64,000 bases of DNA from the NCBI GenBank assembly GCA_963810095.1, contig CAWEMM010000006.1, forward strand, positions 192,001-256,000, given 5' to 3'. The stretch is from an uncultured Chloroflexia bacterium. GTDB taxonomy: Bacteria > Chloroflexota > Anaerolineae > CG2-30-64-16. Under the pieces are notes generated by a model. That model had not been told where the DNA came from and ran no database searches. It saw only the letters and a program-made list of their open reading frames with translations. Shown one piece after another: positions 43,225 to 53,221 of the stretch. Positions within the stretch are counted from its first letter, which is position 1. Every line of letters starts with the position of its first letter. The position numbers and the translations under genes are program-made.

Positions 43225-44449
43225 TATCCGTCGGTCATGGCTGCGACGCGGCGGCGCAACTGTCCGCATCCGGCGTCGATGTCAATGCCGCGGCGCAGCC
43301 GAACGGTGGCCGGGATGCCGTTCCGCTCTAACACCCGCTGGAAGGACAAAGCGTTCGCGTCAGTGGAGGGCTGGTAGGGCGACTCGGCGACGGGGTTAAG
43401 CGGGATCAGGTTGACGTGGCACATCACGCCGCCGGTGGGGCTGCGTAGCGGCTTCAGCAGCGCGGCGAGCTCCACAGCCAGTTGGGGCGTGTCGTTAATG
43501 CCGTCCATCAAGGCGTACTCGAACGTGACCCGACGATTGGTCCGTTGGATGTACTCCCCGATCGCGGCCATCACATCGCCGATCGGATACCGTTCGTTGA
43601 TGGGCAGGAGCGTGGCCCGCAGCTCGTCGTTTGGCGCATGCAGGCTGACCGCGAGATTCACCTGCAGCGGCTCCGCGGCCATCTTGCGAATGCCTTGGGG
43701 CAGGCCGACGGTCGAAACGGTGACGTGCCGCGCGCCCAGCCCAAAGCCATCCCGGTCGGTGATGGTGCCGAGCGCTTGCCAGACCCGCTCGTAGTTTGCG
43801 AACGGTTCGCCCATGCCCATGACGACGATGTTCGTCAGCCGTGCGCCGGCCGCCGTTTGCGGGCGATCTTCTCCCGGGAACTCGGGAGACGAGGCGTTGA
43901 GCGAGCTTAGCGAGCCGAAGGCGGTTAACGGAATAAACGCCGCTTCGTGACGACCTCCGTCACGGCCGTGCCCGCGGAGGACGCAGCCATGGGAGGCGGC
44001 GCAACGGCAAGGTAGCGGGCGGCGGCGAGCACCTGCGCCACGATCTCACCTGCCGTCAGGTTGCGCGCCAGCCCGCCTTGGCCCGTGGCGCAGAAAACGC
44101 AGCCCATCGCACAACCCGCCTGCGTGCTGATGCAGACGGTCCTTCGCTCGTCGTAAAGCATCAAGACGGTCTCGATGGTCAGCCCGTCCTGGAGGCGGAA
44201 CACCCATTTGATCGTGTGTTGGTCGGCCGAGCGCTGCTCAAAAACACGCTCGAGCGGCTCGATGCGCGTCTCGGAGGCAAGCCGATTCCGCACCGCGGCC
44301 GGCAGATTCGTCATCTGGCTCGGGTGCGTGGCGAGCTTCTTGTATAACCACTCCCAGACTTGCTTCGCGCGGTAGGTCGGCTCGCTCCACTTCGCAAGCA
44401 GATCGGTCAGTTCATCCCTCGTCAGGTCATATAACATAACGCCATTCAT
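43224..44449 (-). CDS. rlmN: 23S rRNA m2A2503 methyltransferase (frameshift within an internal insertion, about 43850-44000)
   Basis: [31 protein letters not shown]; then [35 protein letters not shown]. Confidence 0.92.
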
Positions 44450-44455
44450 GGTGCG

Positions 44456-44484
44456 AGAATAACACAAATTGGAAGGCGGGTCAA
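44456..44484 (-). promoter_or_regulatory. Promoter giving a probably leaderless rlmN mRNA
   Basis: On the - strand TTGACC, 17 bp, TATTCT, 6 bp, ATG. Confidence 0.65.
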
Positions 44485-44567
44485 CGCAAGTTAGGTAGAA
44501 CGCTCCTTTCGCATCTTCGGGGTGAAGTGCTATAATTCGCACGTTAATTCGCGCACGGAGAATATCA

Positions 44568-45683
44568 TTGGCTAACTTGCGACCCTATCCATTCACCGCC
44601 ATCGTCGGACAGGAACGGATGAAGCGCGCGCTCATCCTCAACGCGATCTCTTCACAGATCGGCGGCGTGCTGATCCGTGGCGAGCGCGGCACGGCCAAGT
44701 CCACGGCCGCCCGTGCCCTTGCCGCGCTGCTGCCCGAAATCGAAGTGGTTGCCGACTGCCCGTTCGGGTGTGAGCCCGGCCCCATCGACGCGCTGTGCGA
44801 CCTGTGCCGCGACCGCCTCGCGCGCGGCGAAGTGCTGCCGACCACCATGCGGCGCACGCGGTTCGTCGATCTGCCGGTGAGCGCGACCGAGGACCGGGTG
44901 GTTGGTACGCTGGATATCGAGAAGGCGATCCAGCAGGGCGAGCGCCGTTTCGAGCCGGGTGTGCTGGCCGCGGCGAACCGCGGGCTGCTCTATGTCGACG
45001 AAGTCAATCTCCTGGACGATCACGTCGTCGACCTTCTACTCGACTCGGCGGCCATGGGCGTTAATGTGGTCGAGCGCGAGGGCATCAGCTTCAGCCACCC
45101 GGCGCGCTTCATGCTCGTTGGGACGATGAACCCGGAGGAAGGCGACCTCCGGCCCCAGCTGCTCGACCGCTTTGCGCTCTGCGTCGACATGCACGGCATT
45201 TCGGACCCCAGGCAGCGCGTCGCAATTGTCGAGCGGCGCATCGCGTACGAGAGCGATCCGGACGGCTTCTACCAGGAGTGGTTACCGCACGAGGAGCAGC
45301 TTTCCGACCAGATTGCGCAGGCGCGGAACGTCCTGCCCGGCGTGCGCCACACGCAGCGGGACCTTTATACCATCGCCCAGTTGACCACATCGTTCCGGGT
45401 GGACGGCCACCGTGCCGATATCGTCATCCTCAAGACCGCCCGCGCACATGCCGCGTGGCAGGGACGGCTCGGGATCGCCGAACAGGACATCCTGCTGGCG
45501 GCCGAGTTGGCGCTGCCGCACCGGCTCAAACGCCAGCCGTTCGAGGAAGCGTCGATGGACGCGGGGCAGCTTGAAGACCGGCTGAAGAAGGCGCGCTCCG
45601 AAGCGCCGCCGGACCAGCAGAACGCTTCGCGCTCAGAATCGGGCGAGACGGCGCCCTCTGTAAAAAAAGCACCGAGCCGCTAG
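44568..45683 (+). CDS. Mg/Co-chelatase subunit I-like AAA+ ATPase
   Basis: YPFTAIVGQ, GERGTAKST, ATEDRVVGTLD, GLLYVDEVNLL, MNPEEG.LRPQLLDRF; TTG start after GGAG; TG-n-TATAAT at 44528-44536. Confidence 0.9.
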   Translation: MANLRPYPFTAIVGQERMKRALILNAISSQIGGVLIRGERGTAKSTAARALAALLPEIEVVADCPFGCEPGPIDALCDLCRDRLARGEVLPTTMRRTRFVDLPVSATEDRVVGTLDIEKAIQQGERRFEPGVLAAANRGLLYVDEVNLLDDHVVDLLLDSAAMGVNVVEREGISFSHPARFMLVGTMNPEEGDLRPQLLDRFALCVDMHGISDPRQRVAIVERRIAYESDPDGFYQEWLPHEEQLSDQIAQARNVLPGVRHTQRDLYTIAQLTTSFRVDGHRADIVILKTARAHAAWQGRLGIAEQDILLAAELALPHRLKRQPFEEASMDAGQLEDRLKKARSEAPPDQQNASRSESGETAPSVKKAPSR

Positions 45684-45712
45684 AGGACCAGGCGACAGCA
45701 TCCGCTAGCGGC
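45662..45712 (+). promoter_or_regulatory. Putative -1 programmed frameshift signal
   Basis: A_AAA_AAA (45662-45668), 7-nt spacer, 8-bp stem GCCGCTAG (45676-45683) / CTAGCGGC (45705-45712). Confidence 0.7.
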
Positions 45713-46720
45713 GAACCGGCGGAGGACGCTCCCCAAGCTCAATCCTCCAATAAGGGCCCAACAGCCCAGCGCAACGTCAAAATCGGCGACAGCTTCCAGG
45801 CGAAGCGCCTCGACACGCCCCTGGACAAGCTGACGCGCTCGTCGGCCGGCAAACGCTCGTCCACCCTGACCGACCGCAAGCGCGGGCGCTACATCAAATC
45901 GCGGCCCATGCGCGGCCGGCCCGACGACCTCGCATTCGATGCGACGATCCGCACGGCCGCGCCGTTTCAACGTCACCGCGCGGACGAACGCTCACGGCGC
46001 AAGGTCGCGTTCGTGGTCAAGCGCGGGGATCTGCAGAAGAAGGTGCGCGTGCGTCGGGCCGCCAACCTCGTCCTCTTCGTGGTGGATGCCTCGTGGAGCA
46101 TGGCCGCGGCCGAGCGCATTGAGGCGACGAAGGGCGCGGTGCTCTCACTGCTGCACGACGCTTACCAGCGCCGAGACCAGGTCGGCCTGATCGTCTTCCA
46201 ACGGGAGGAAGCCCGGATTGTCCTGCCGCCGACCTCCAGCGTGGAGCTCGCCAACCAAGCGCTGCGCAACGTGCCGGTGGGTGGCAAGACCCCCCTCTCA
46301 GCGGGGCTGCTCGCGGCGTTCCGCGTTTGCACGGCAGCCGTACGGCGCAATCCCGAAATCAAGCCCCTTATCATCATCCTGACGGACGGCGCAGGGAACG
46401 TGTCGGTAACGGGGATGCCGCCGCAGGAAGAGGCGCGGCGGATGGCGATGATGATTCACGACGCCCACTATCGCACGGTGATCATTAACATGGAGCATCC
46501 GGCATTTGACCGCGGGCTGGCCCAAGACCTTGCCAACTTCATCGGCGGGCCCTGCTACACCCTGCCCGAACTCAAGGCCGAGGCGCTGCTCAAGACGGTG
46601 CGCCAGGAGCTTAGCCTGAAGCCCGGCGAGCGCGGCGGCCCCGCCGGCGGAGCGAGCGATCCGGGCAGCAGTCTGCCCGACATCCCCGGACCCCATTCCG
46701 GAGGCATTCGAAGGACCTGA
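45668..46720 (+). CDS. ChlD-like linker + vWA domain (-1 frame continuation of the AAA+ ORF)
   Basis: Frame is open from the A-run; GRYIKS, DLAFDATIRTAAP, FVVDASWSM (MIDAS), AYQRRD, GGKTPL, LTDG. Confidence 0.85.
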   Translation, partial: STEPLEDQATASASGEPAEDAPQAQSSNKGPTAQRNVKIGDSFQAKRLDTPLDKLTRSSAGKRSSTLTDRKRGRYIKSRPMRGRPDDLAFDATIRTAAPFQRHRADERSRRKVAFVVKRGDLQKKVRVRRAANLVLFVVDASWSMAAAERIEATKGAVLSLLHDAYQRRDQVGLIVFQREEARIVLPPTSSVELANQALRNVPVGGKTPLSAGLLAAFRVCTAAVRRNPEIKPLIIILTDGAGNVSVTGMPPQEEARRMAMMIHDAHYRTVIINMEHPAFDRGLAQDLANFIGGPCYTLPELKAEALLKTVRQELSLKPGERGGPAGGASDPGSSLPDIPGPHSGGIRRT

Positions 46721-47754
46721 TGGAACAAGGGACCGACACGCTGCCAGGCGATGATGCTGGGGCTGTGACCGCAGGTGCGGGAGCAGCCCCAGCGTCGCGT
46801 TTGGACCGGCTCCGCTCCCGCCGCCAGCTCCTCGCAGACGGGGCTTTGCTTCTGGTCACCATCATCTGGGGCGCGACCTTCGTCATGGTCAAGGACGCGG
46901 TCAGCGCGTTCCCGGTGTTCAGCTTCATGGCGCTCCGCTTCACGCTGGCCGCACTCGCCCTGGCGCCGCTTGCACTATGGCAGGAAAGGCAGAAGTCGAA
47001 GCAGCGTTCGCAGGGGGCGAATGACCGCTTGCAGGGGGCAAACGGTCTGTCACGCCTGGCCGCGGCCCGTCCCGTGTCACGAGGGAGGATGCGGCTCGTC
47101 GCGGCGTCTGCCCTGGTCGGGCTGGCGCTGTTCGCGGGGTACGCCTTCCAGACTGCCGGGCTGAAGCTGACGACGCCGGCTAAGGCCGGCTTCATCACGG
47201 GGCTGTCGGTCGTGATTGTCCCCGTCGTCTCTGCGCTGCTGCTCCGCCAGTCGCCCCCGCGCAACGCCTGGATCGGGGTGGGGCTGGCCACGCTCGGCCT
47301 GGCGCTGCTCTCGCTCACAGCCGCCCTCGGGGTCCAACTGGGCGACCTGTTGGTGCTGGGCTGCGCGTTCGCGTTTGCGGCCCACATCCTCCTGCTCGGG
47401 CACTTCGCACCGAGGCACAACGCGATCCTGCTCACCCTGGGCCAGGTCATCGTCGTCGCCGTCCTGAGCGGCATCGCCGCGCTCATCTTCGACCGGCCGG
47501 CGCCGCTGACCCGCCAGGTGCTGTTTGCCGCGGCATTCACCGGCGTCCTGGCGACCGCCCTCGCGTTCGGCATCCAGACTGTGGCCCAGCGGTTCACGAC
47601 GAGCACACACACGGCCCTCATCTTTGCGGCAGAGCCGGTGTTCGCCGGGCTGTTCAGCCTGCTGCTCATTGGCGAAACGCTGGGCCCGCGCCAACTGCTC
47701 GGCTGCGCGCTGATCCTCGGCGGGATGCTCGTGGCAGAACTAAAACGAGCATAG
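46720..47754 (+). CDS. EamA/DMT family transporter
   Basis: IWGATF, RF, FQTAGL..TT..AGFITGL, GDLL, EPVFA, GE. Confidence 0.88.
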   Translation: MEQGTDTLPGDDAGAVTAGAGAAPASRLDRLRSRRQLLADGALLLVTIIWGATFVMVKDAVSAFPVFSFMALRFTLAALALAPLALWQERQKSKQRSQGANDRLQGANGLSRLAAARPVSRGRMRLVAASALVGLALFAGYAFQTAGLKLTTPAKAGFITGLSVVIVPVVSALLLRQSPPRNAWIGVGLATLGLALLSLTAALGVQLGDLLVLGCAFAFAAHILLLGHFAPRHNAILLTLGQVIVVAVLSGIAALIFDRPAPLTRQVLFAAAFTGVLATALAFGIQTVAQRFTTSTHTALIFAAEPVFAGLFSLLLIGETLGPRQLLGCALILGGMLVAELKRA

Positions 47755-47845
47755 AACACAAAGACACAATGGCACGAGGGACGACAGCGACGAGTTCCCA
47801 GCTACGCGCAAGTCGGTACTTCGTGTCTTTGTGCCTTTGTGGTAA
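47752..47845. repeat. CACAAAGR-type element beginning at the DMT stop
   Basis: TAGAACACAAAGACACAATGGCACGAG ... CTTCGTGTCTTTGTGCCTTTGTGGTAA. Confidence 0.8.
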
Positions 47846-47855
47846 AAGAAACCTC

Positions 47856-48221
47856 ATGCCCGACGAAACCACAACCATCGCTGCGCTGCGCGAGGCGGTC
47901 GACGCGTTTGTCGCCGCACGTGACTGGCGCCAGTTCCACAATGCGAAGGACCTGGCCGTCTCGATCTCGCTCGAGGCCGGTGAGCTGCTCGAAGAATTCC
48001 AGTGGCTGACGCGGGAGCAGGTGGCGGCCGCTGAGCACGAGCCCGCGGCGCGCGAGCGCATCCGGTTCGAGCTGGCCGATATCCTGGTCTATTGCCTGTG
48101 TCTCAGCAACGCGCTCGAGCTGGACGTCAGCGACGCGGTGATCGAGAAGCTGGCGCTGGCGGGGCAGAAGTACCGGCCAGAGGATTACCGCGGCAAGGCG
48201 CCCAGGTATGGCGAACGATAG
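47856..48221 (+). CDS. MazG-like nucleotide pyrophosphohydrolase (dCTPase-like)
   Basis: RDWRQFH..KDLA..EAGELLEEFQW..ELADILVY. Confidence 0.88.
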   Translation: MPDETTTIAALREAVDAFVAARDWRQFHNAKDLAVSISLEAGELLEEFQWLTREQVAAAEHEPAARERIRFELADILVYCLCLSNALELDVSDAVIEKLALAGQKYRPEDYRGKAPRYGER

Positions 48222-48245
48222 AGGATGCTCCGAGGGAGTGGCGGC

Positions 48246-48695
48246 CTAAGCGAGCTCTGCTGTGTCGAGCCACAACGTGACCGGGCCGTCATTCACGAGC
48301 GCCACCTGCATCGCGGCCCGGAACCGCCCCGTCTCCACGTGGAGCCCCGCGCCGCGCAGCTGCGCCACAAAGTGGTCGACTAGCGGCTCGGCCTGTTCGG
48401 GCCGGGCCGCCCGCAGGAAGTCGGGCCGGCGACCCCTGCGCGCGTCGCCGTAGAGGGTAAACTGGGAGACGACCAGCACCGCCCCGCCCGCGTCCGACAG
48501 CCCCAGGTTCATTTTCCCCGCTGCGTCGTCGAATATGCGCAGGCCCGCAACTTTCGCCGCCAGCCAGGCAGCCTCTTGCGGCCCGTCTGTATCCGTCACG
48601 CCGAGCAGGACGAGGAACCCGCGGCCGATCGCGCCGAGGACTTCGCCGTCGACTCTGACCGATGCCTCAGTAACCCGCTGGATCAATGCCCGCAT
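48246..48695 (-). CDS. dtd: D-aminoacyl-tRNA deacylase
   Basis: [23 protein letters not shown]. Confidence 0.95.
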   Translation of the reverse strand: MRALIQRVTEASVRVDGEVLGAIGRGFLVLLGVTDTDGPQEAAWLAAKVAGLRIFDDAAGKMNLGLSDAGGAVLVVSQFTLYGDARRGRRPDFLRAARPEQAEPLVDHFVAQLRGAGLHVETGRFRAAMQVALVNDGPVTLWLDTAELA

Positions 48696-48769
48696 GTGTG
48701 TCCCCGCATTGTGGGGGCGAGGCATCGCGGCAGCCAGGACCGTCATCCTGGCCGCCACAATGCCTTCCC

Positions 48770-49724
48770 CTACAACCCGACGGCCCGGGCGGTTTCCTTG
48801 AGCACGCCTGCCGAGCGGCGGAGCGCAGCCAACTCGTCGTCATTCAGCGTGCGGGATCAGCACGCCTTCGACGCCCCCATGGTCCACGATCGACGGCAGG
48901 CTCAGGCAGATGTCCGTAATGCCGAACTGGCCGGTCATGAGTGTGGAAACGGTCAGCACCGTGTTCTGATCGCGCAGGACCGCTTCGACCACGTGGCGGA
49001 CGCCCAGGCCGATCGCGTAATAGGTGGCACCCTTGCGCTCGATGATTTCGTAAGCTGCCCGCTTCACCTGCTCCGAGATCGCCGCCTGCATGTCCTCGTT
49101 GCACGACGCGCCGCGCTGCTGGCAGAAATCGGCAACCGGCATGCCCGCCACGGTCGCCCGGCTCCAGACGACGACCTCAGAGTCGCCGTGTTCGCCAATG
49201 ACGTAACCGTGCACGCTGCGCGGGTCGACGTTCAGCCGCTGTCCCACCAGCGCCCGCAGCCGGGCGGTGTCGAGCACGGTGCCCGAGCCGATGACCCGCC
49301 CACGGGGAAAGCCCGACGCCTCCAGTGCCGCGAGCGTCAGGATATCGACGGGGTTGGCCACCACTAACAGGATGGCGTTAGGTGCAGCCTTGGCAATCTC
49401 CGGAATCATGCCCCGGATAATGCCGGTGTTCTTTCTGACCAGATCGAGCCGCGTTTCCCCCGGCTTCTGCGCGGCGCCAGCCGTGATGACCACGATCTGG
49501 CTGTCGGCGCAGTCGGCGTAGGTGCCCGCCCGTATGGTTACCGGGCGGACAAACGGCGCGCCGTGCATCAGGTCCATCGCCTCGCCCTCAGCCCGGCGCT
49601 CGTTCACGTCGACCAGCACGATCTCGCTGGCCAACCCGCTCATCATCAGGGCGTATGCGGCGCTTGCGCCCACAGCGCCGGCGCCGCCCACAATCGCGAT
49701 CTTCGTCGGGGTTCTACCGTCCAC
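48770..49724 (-). CDS. ldh: L-lactate dehydrogenase (frameshift near 48852)
   Basis: [47 protein letters not shown]; C-terminal helix [14 protein letters not shown] in the next frame. Confidence 0.93.
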
Positions 49725-49775
49725 GTTCGCTCCTTATGTTACCGCTGCGGGCGCACCACGCACCGCAAACTAGCG

Positions 49776-50498
49776 TCAGATCGATGACTCGGGCCCTTCC
49801 ACCCACATCGCGCCGCCCGGCCCCACTTCCTTCTTCCAGATGGGCGAGACCTGCTTGATCCGGTCGATGATGTAGTGACATGCGTCGAAAGTGTTCGCCC
49901 GGTGCGCCGCAGCCACCGCGATGGCAATCGAAACGTCGCCGATCTCGAGCCGCCCCACCCGGTGCAGCACGGCAATCGCGCTGATGTCGGGCCAGCGGTC
50001 CCGCGCCTCGGACGCAATGCCGGCGAACGAAGCTTCGGCCATCTCCGGGTACGCTTCGTATTCCAGATAGTCCGTCTGCTGCTCGCCGTGCGACGCGTCA
50101 CGGGTCACGGCGCGCACCGTTCCGGCAAAGACGGTCACGCCGCCGCGTTCGGGCGCCAGGACGCGGGCAGCGACGTCGTCGAGCGAGATTGGCCCTTCGA
50201 CGATCTCGAAGAGCTTGGCGGCCGGGGCATGGCCGCTGCCGCCGCTGACCGGCGGAATCAGGGCGACCTCGTCGCCGTCGTGCAGGGCTTGATCGGGGCG
50301 CGCAAAGGAGCGGTTGACCGTGATCGTAAAGCGCTGTTGATCCAGGTTGAGCGCCGGGTACTCGGCTGCCAACAGGCGCTGAAGGGCGGCGATGTCGGCA
50401 TCGCCCGGAAGGCTCACAGCGATCTCGCTCTTACCCAGCCGCTCCCGCATCCCCGCGAACAGGCGCACGCGCACGTTCACTCCGTCGCTGACGCTCAT
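49776..50498 (-). CDS. moaX: Molybdopterin synthase MoaD-MoaE fusion
   Basis: [16 protein letters not shown] fused to F.GTVR..LEYEAY..HRVG.L..PIWKKE. Confidence 0.9.
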   Translation of the reverse strand: MSVSDGVNVRVRLFAGMRERLGKSEIAVSLPGDADIAALQRLLAAEYPALNLDQQRFTITVNRSFARPDQALHDGDEVALIPPVSGGSGHAPAAKLFEIVEGPISLDDVAARVLAPERGGVTVFAGTVRAVTRDASHGEQQTDYLEYEAYPEMAEASFAGIASEARDRWPDISAIAVLHRVGRLEIGDVSIAIAVAAAHRANTFDACHYIIDRIKQVSPIWKKEVGPGGAMWVEGPESSI

Positions 50499-50983
50499 CC
50501 TCCACCTTCCTCTGCCTGCCAGTGTCCCGTCTTGCCCCCGCGCTTCTCCAGCAGTCGGACTCCGTCGATCACCATGCCACGCTCGACCGCCTTGGCCATG
50601 TCATAGATGGTCAGGGCGGCCACGCTGACCGCGGTCAGGGCTTCCATTTCGACGCCGGTCTGGCCTTTGCATTTCACCGCAGCGGTGATCTCCACGGTCG
50701 AAGCTTCCTCGTCAAACGCGAACTCCACCGCGACCTTGGTCAGGAGCAACTGGTGACACATCGGAATCAGCTCGCTCGTGCGCTTGGCGGCCATGATGCC
50801 GGCGACCCGGGCGGTTCCCAGCACATCGCCCTTCGGCAGGTTGCCCTCGCGCAGCAGTCGCAGCGTTTGTGGCTGCATGCGGACGCGGCCGGCCGCCACC
50901 GCCTCCCGCTCGGTCTCGGCCTTGGCGCCGACGTCTACCATGCGAGCGTGGCCGTGTTCGTCGAGATGGGTCAGTTCCGTCAT
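50495..50983 (-). CDS. moaC: Cyclic pyranopterin monophosphate synthase
   Basis: [39 protein letters not shown]. Confidence 0.96.
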   Translation of the reverse strand: MTELTHLDEHGHARMVDVGAKAETEREAVAAGRVRMQPQTLRLLREGNLPKGDVLGTARVAGIMAAKRTSELIPMCHQLLLTKVAVEFAFDEEASTVEITAAVKCKGQTGVEMEALTAVSVAALTIYDMAKAVERGMVIDGVRLLEKRGGKTGHWQAEEGGG

Positions 50984-51065
50984 AGTTGCATTGTACCTGA
51001 CTTGCCCCTTTCAACGAAACCGGCCTTGACGGCCGGGTGGGTGTATACTGTGTGCGGAGGTTCAC

Positions 51066-51872
51066 ATGCCCGAATATCCAGAGATCGCCGCACGCACCGC
51101 AGAGATGAACCAGTTCCTCGCGGGGAAAACTGTCTCCGGCATCGAAGTCCTGCAGCCCAAGTGCCTGAACGTGGCCGAAGACGAATTCAAAGCCCGCCTC
51201 ACAGGCGCGACCCTGCATGAAACGACGCAGCGCGGGAAGTGGCTGTGCACGGACACGACAGGGGGCTGGCTGCTGCTCAACCTGGGCATGGGCGGCGAAA
51301 TCCTGCTCGTCGACCGCGAGCACCTGCCCGAGAAACGCCGCGTCATCTTCGACTTCACGGACGGAACGAGCCTGGCGGTTAATTTCTGGTGGTTCGGTTT
51401 CGCACATTACCTTCCCCTCGGACCGCTAGAGGCGCACGAGCAGATCGCGAGGCTGGGCCCCAACGTGCTGGACGTCGACCTCGACCGGTTTCGGGAGCTG
51501 GTGGCGGGCCAGAAGGGCGGTGTGAAAGCCTTCCTGCTCGACCAGTCCCGGATTGCCGGCATCGGCAACGCCTACATCCACGACATTCTCTGGCTGGCGC
51601 GCATCCACCCACTGCGCAAGCTCAACACGCTCGCCCCAGAAGAGGTTACATCGCTTTGGCAGGGCATCCAGGACGGGCTGCGGCCGAGCGTGGCGAAGGG
51701 CGGCGCATTCTACGAGGTCGGCCTGACCGGGGCGAAGGGCGGGTTCCTGATGGAGGACATTGTCGTCGGCTATCGCGAGGGCACGCCCTGCCCGCGCTGT
51801 GGGACGCCGATTGTGAAGATCAAGACCGGGGGCACGAGCAGCTTCATCTGCCCGACCTGCCAGGCTGTGTAA
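51066..51872 (+). CDS. Fpg/Nei-family DNA glycosylase
   Basis: MPEYPE, RGK, LGMGG, LLDQ..IAGIGN.Y (H2TH), CPRC..CPTCQ zinc finger. Confidence 0.88.
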   Translation: MPEYPEIAARTAEMNQFLAGKTVSGIEVLQPKCLNVAEDEFKARLTGATLHETTQRGKWLCTDTTGGWLLLNLGMGGEILLVDREHLPEKRRVIFDFTDGTSLAVNFWWFGFAHYLPLGPLEAHEQIARLGPNVLDVDLDRFRELVAGQKGGVKAFLLDQSRIAGIGNAYIHDILWLARIHPLRKLNTLAPEEVTSLWQGIQDGLRPSVAKGGAFYEVGLTGAKGGFLMEDIVVGYREGTPCPRCGTPIVKIKTGGTSSFICPTCQAV

Positions 51873-51884
51873 TCAAAGAGTGAG

Positions 51885-51948
51885 CTAACCACAAAGACAC
51901 GAAGGCACCGGGCCGTCGTCGCGCTTCGTGTCTTCGTGCCTTTGCGGT
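51885..51948. repeat. CACAAAGR-type element
   Basis: CTAACCACAAAGACACGAAGGCAC ... CTTCGTGTCTTCGTGCCTTTGCGGT. Confidence 0.8.
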
Positions 51949-51969
51949 GCGCGATCAGCGGGAGGCATT

Positions 51970-53097
51970 ATGGCGGCTACGAGCGATACCAAGCGATGGC
52001 AGCAGAACCTGCGGGCCGAGCGGGACGCGATTGTCCTCTACGAGGGGTTGGCGCAGGCCGAGCCGAATGCGGATCTCGCGGGGGTGTACACCCGGCTGGC
52101 CGAGACGGAGCGCCGCCACGCGAGCGTCTGGCAGCAGAAGCTGGCTGACGCTGGCATCCCTGACACGCCGCACCGGGCAGCTTGGCGCACCCAGGTTTTC
52201 CGGTGGCTGGCGCGCCGTTTCGGGCCGGCGTTCGTGCTGCCCTCGCTGGCCCAGGTCGAGCAGCAGGCAAGCCGCGGCTACGACGACCAGCCGGACGCGC
52301 ATGCGCTCGGTATGCCGGTGGACGAACGCTCGCACGCCCGGGTTTTCGGTTACCTGGCCCAGACGACCGGTGGCCTGGAGGGCAGCGCGGTAGCGCGTTT
52401 CGAAGGCCGGCACCGGGCGGCCGGCGGCAATGCGCTCCGCGCTGCCGTGCTCGGCGCAAATGACGGCCTGGTATCCGTCTTCAGCCTGGTGATGGGCGTG
52501 GCCGGCGCAGGCGCCGCGTCCCACACGATCCTGCTCACCGGCTTGGCGGGCCTGCTGGCTGGCGCGCTGTCGATGGCGCTGGGCGAGTGGCTATCGGTGC
52601 AGAGCTCACGCGAGCTGTATCAACACCAGATCGGCATCGAGAAACATGAGCTGGCAACGATCCCGGAAGAAGAGGTCGAGGAGCTCAATCTGATCTACCA
52701 GGCGAAAGGGATTCCGGAAGCAACGGCACAGGAGATGGCCCGGCGCTTGTTGTCAGACCCGAACACCGCACTCGATACGCTTGCCCGCGAGGAACTATCG
52801 GTCGATCCGAAGTCGTTGGGAGGGTCTGCGTGGGAAGCCGGGATCACGTCTTTCTTCCTGTTCGCCATCGGCGCGCTCATCCCGGTGCTGCCGTACGTCT
52901 TCTTCACGGGCATGACAGGCATCATCGTCAGCGCCGTCGCGAGCGCGATCGGGCTCTTCGCCATTGGCGCGGCGATCACGTTGATGACGGGGCGCGGCGT
53001 GCTGTTCTCGGGATTCCGGCAGGTGGCGTTCGGCATGGCCGCAGCCGCCATCACCTACGGCGTGGGCACCCTGATTGGGGTCAACCTGGGAGGGTAA
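51970..53097 (+). CDS. VIT1/CCC1 transporter with N-terminal ferritin/rubrerythrin-like domain
   Basis: E..Y..LA..E.RH..W and DERSH; [28 protein letters not shown]. Confidence 0.88.
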   Translation: MAATSDTKRWQQNLRAERDAIVLYEGLAQAEPNADLAGVYTRLAETERRHASVWQQKLADAGIPDTPHRAAWRTQVFRWLARRFGPAFVLPSLAQVEQQASRGYDDQPDAHALGMPVDERSHARVFGYLAQTTGGLEGSAVARFEGRHRAAGGNALRAAVLGANDGLVSVFSLVMGVAGAGAASHTILLTGLAGLLAGALSMALGEWLSVQSSRELYQHQIGIEKHELATIPEEEVEELNLIYQAKGIPEATAQEMARRLLSDPNTALDTLAREELSVDPKSLGGSAWEAGITSFFLFAIGALIPVLPYVFFTGMTGIIVSAVASAIGLFAIGAAITLMTGRGVLFSGFRQVAFGMAAAAITYGVGTLIGVNLGG

Positions 53098-53116
53098 GGG
53101 ACCAGGCAGGCGATAC

Positions 53117-53209
53117 TCAACACAAAGGCACAAAGACACAGGGACTAAAAAACCAGGTCACCTTGACGGCGGCCTGGTTTTTCTTTGTGGCTTCGTGTCC
53201 TTGTGTTGA
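53117..53209. repeat. CACAAAGR-type element enclosing a bidirectional terminator-like hairpin
   Basis: TCAACACAAAGGCACAAAGACAC..AAAAAACCAGG-loop-CCTGGTTTTT..CTTCGTGTCCTTGTGTTGA between convergent genes. Confidence 0.8.
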
Positions 53210-53221
53210 AGGCGTCGGGCC

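Noticed and set aside
44568-46720. Mg-chelatase as evidence of phototrophy
   Set aside because: No bchH/chlH or other photosynthesis genes nearby; such AAA+/vWA pairs occur widely in non-phototrophs.
47010-47050. 21-bp tandem duplication (QGAN twice) in the DMT gene
   Set aside because: Two imperfect in-frame copies in a loop, with no further significance visible.
49776-50498. MoaD-MoaE fusion as a novelty
   Set aside because: This is the known MoaX-type fusion.
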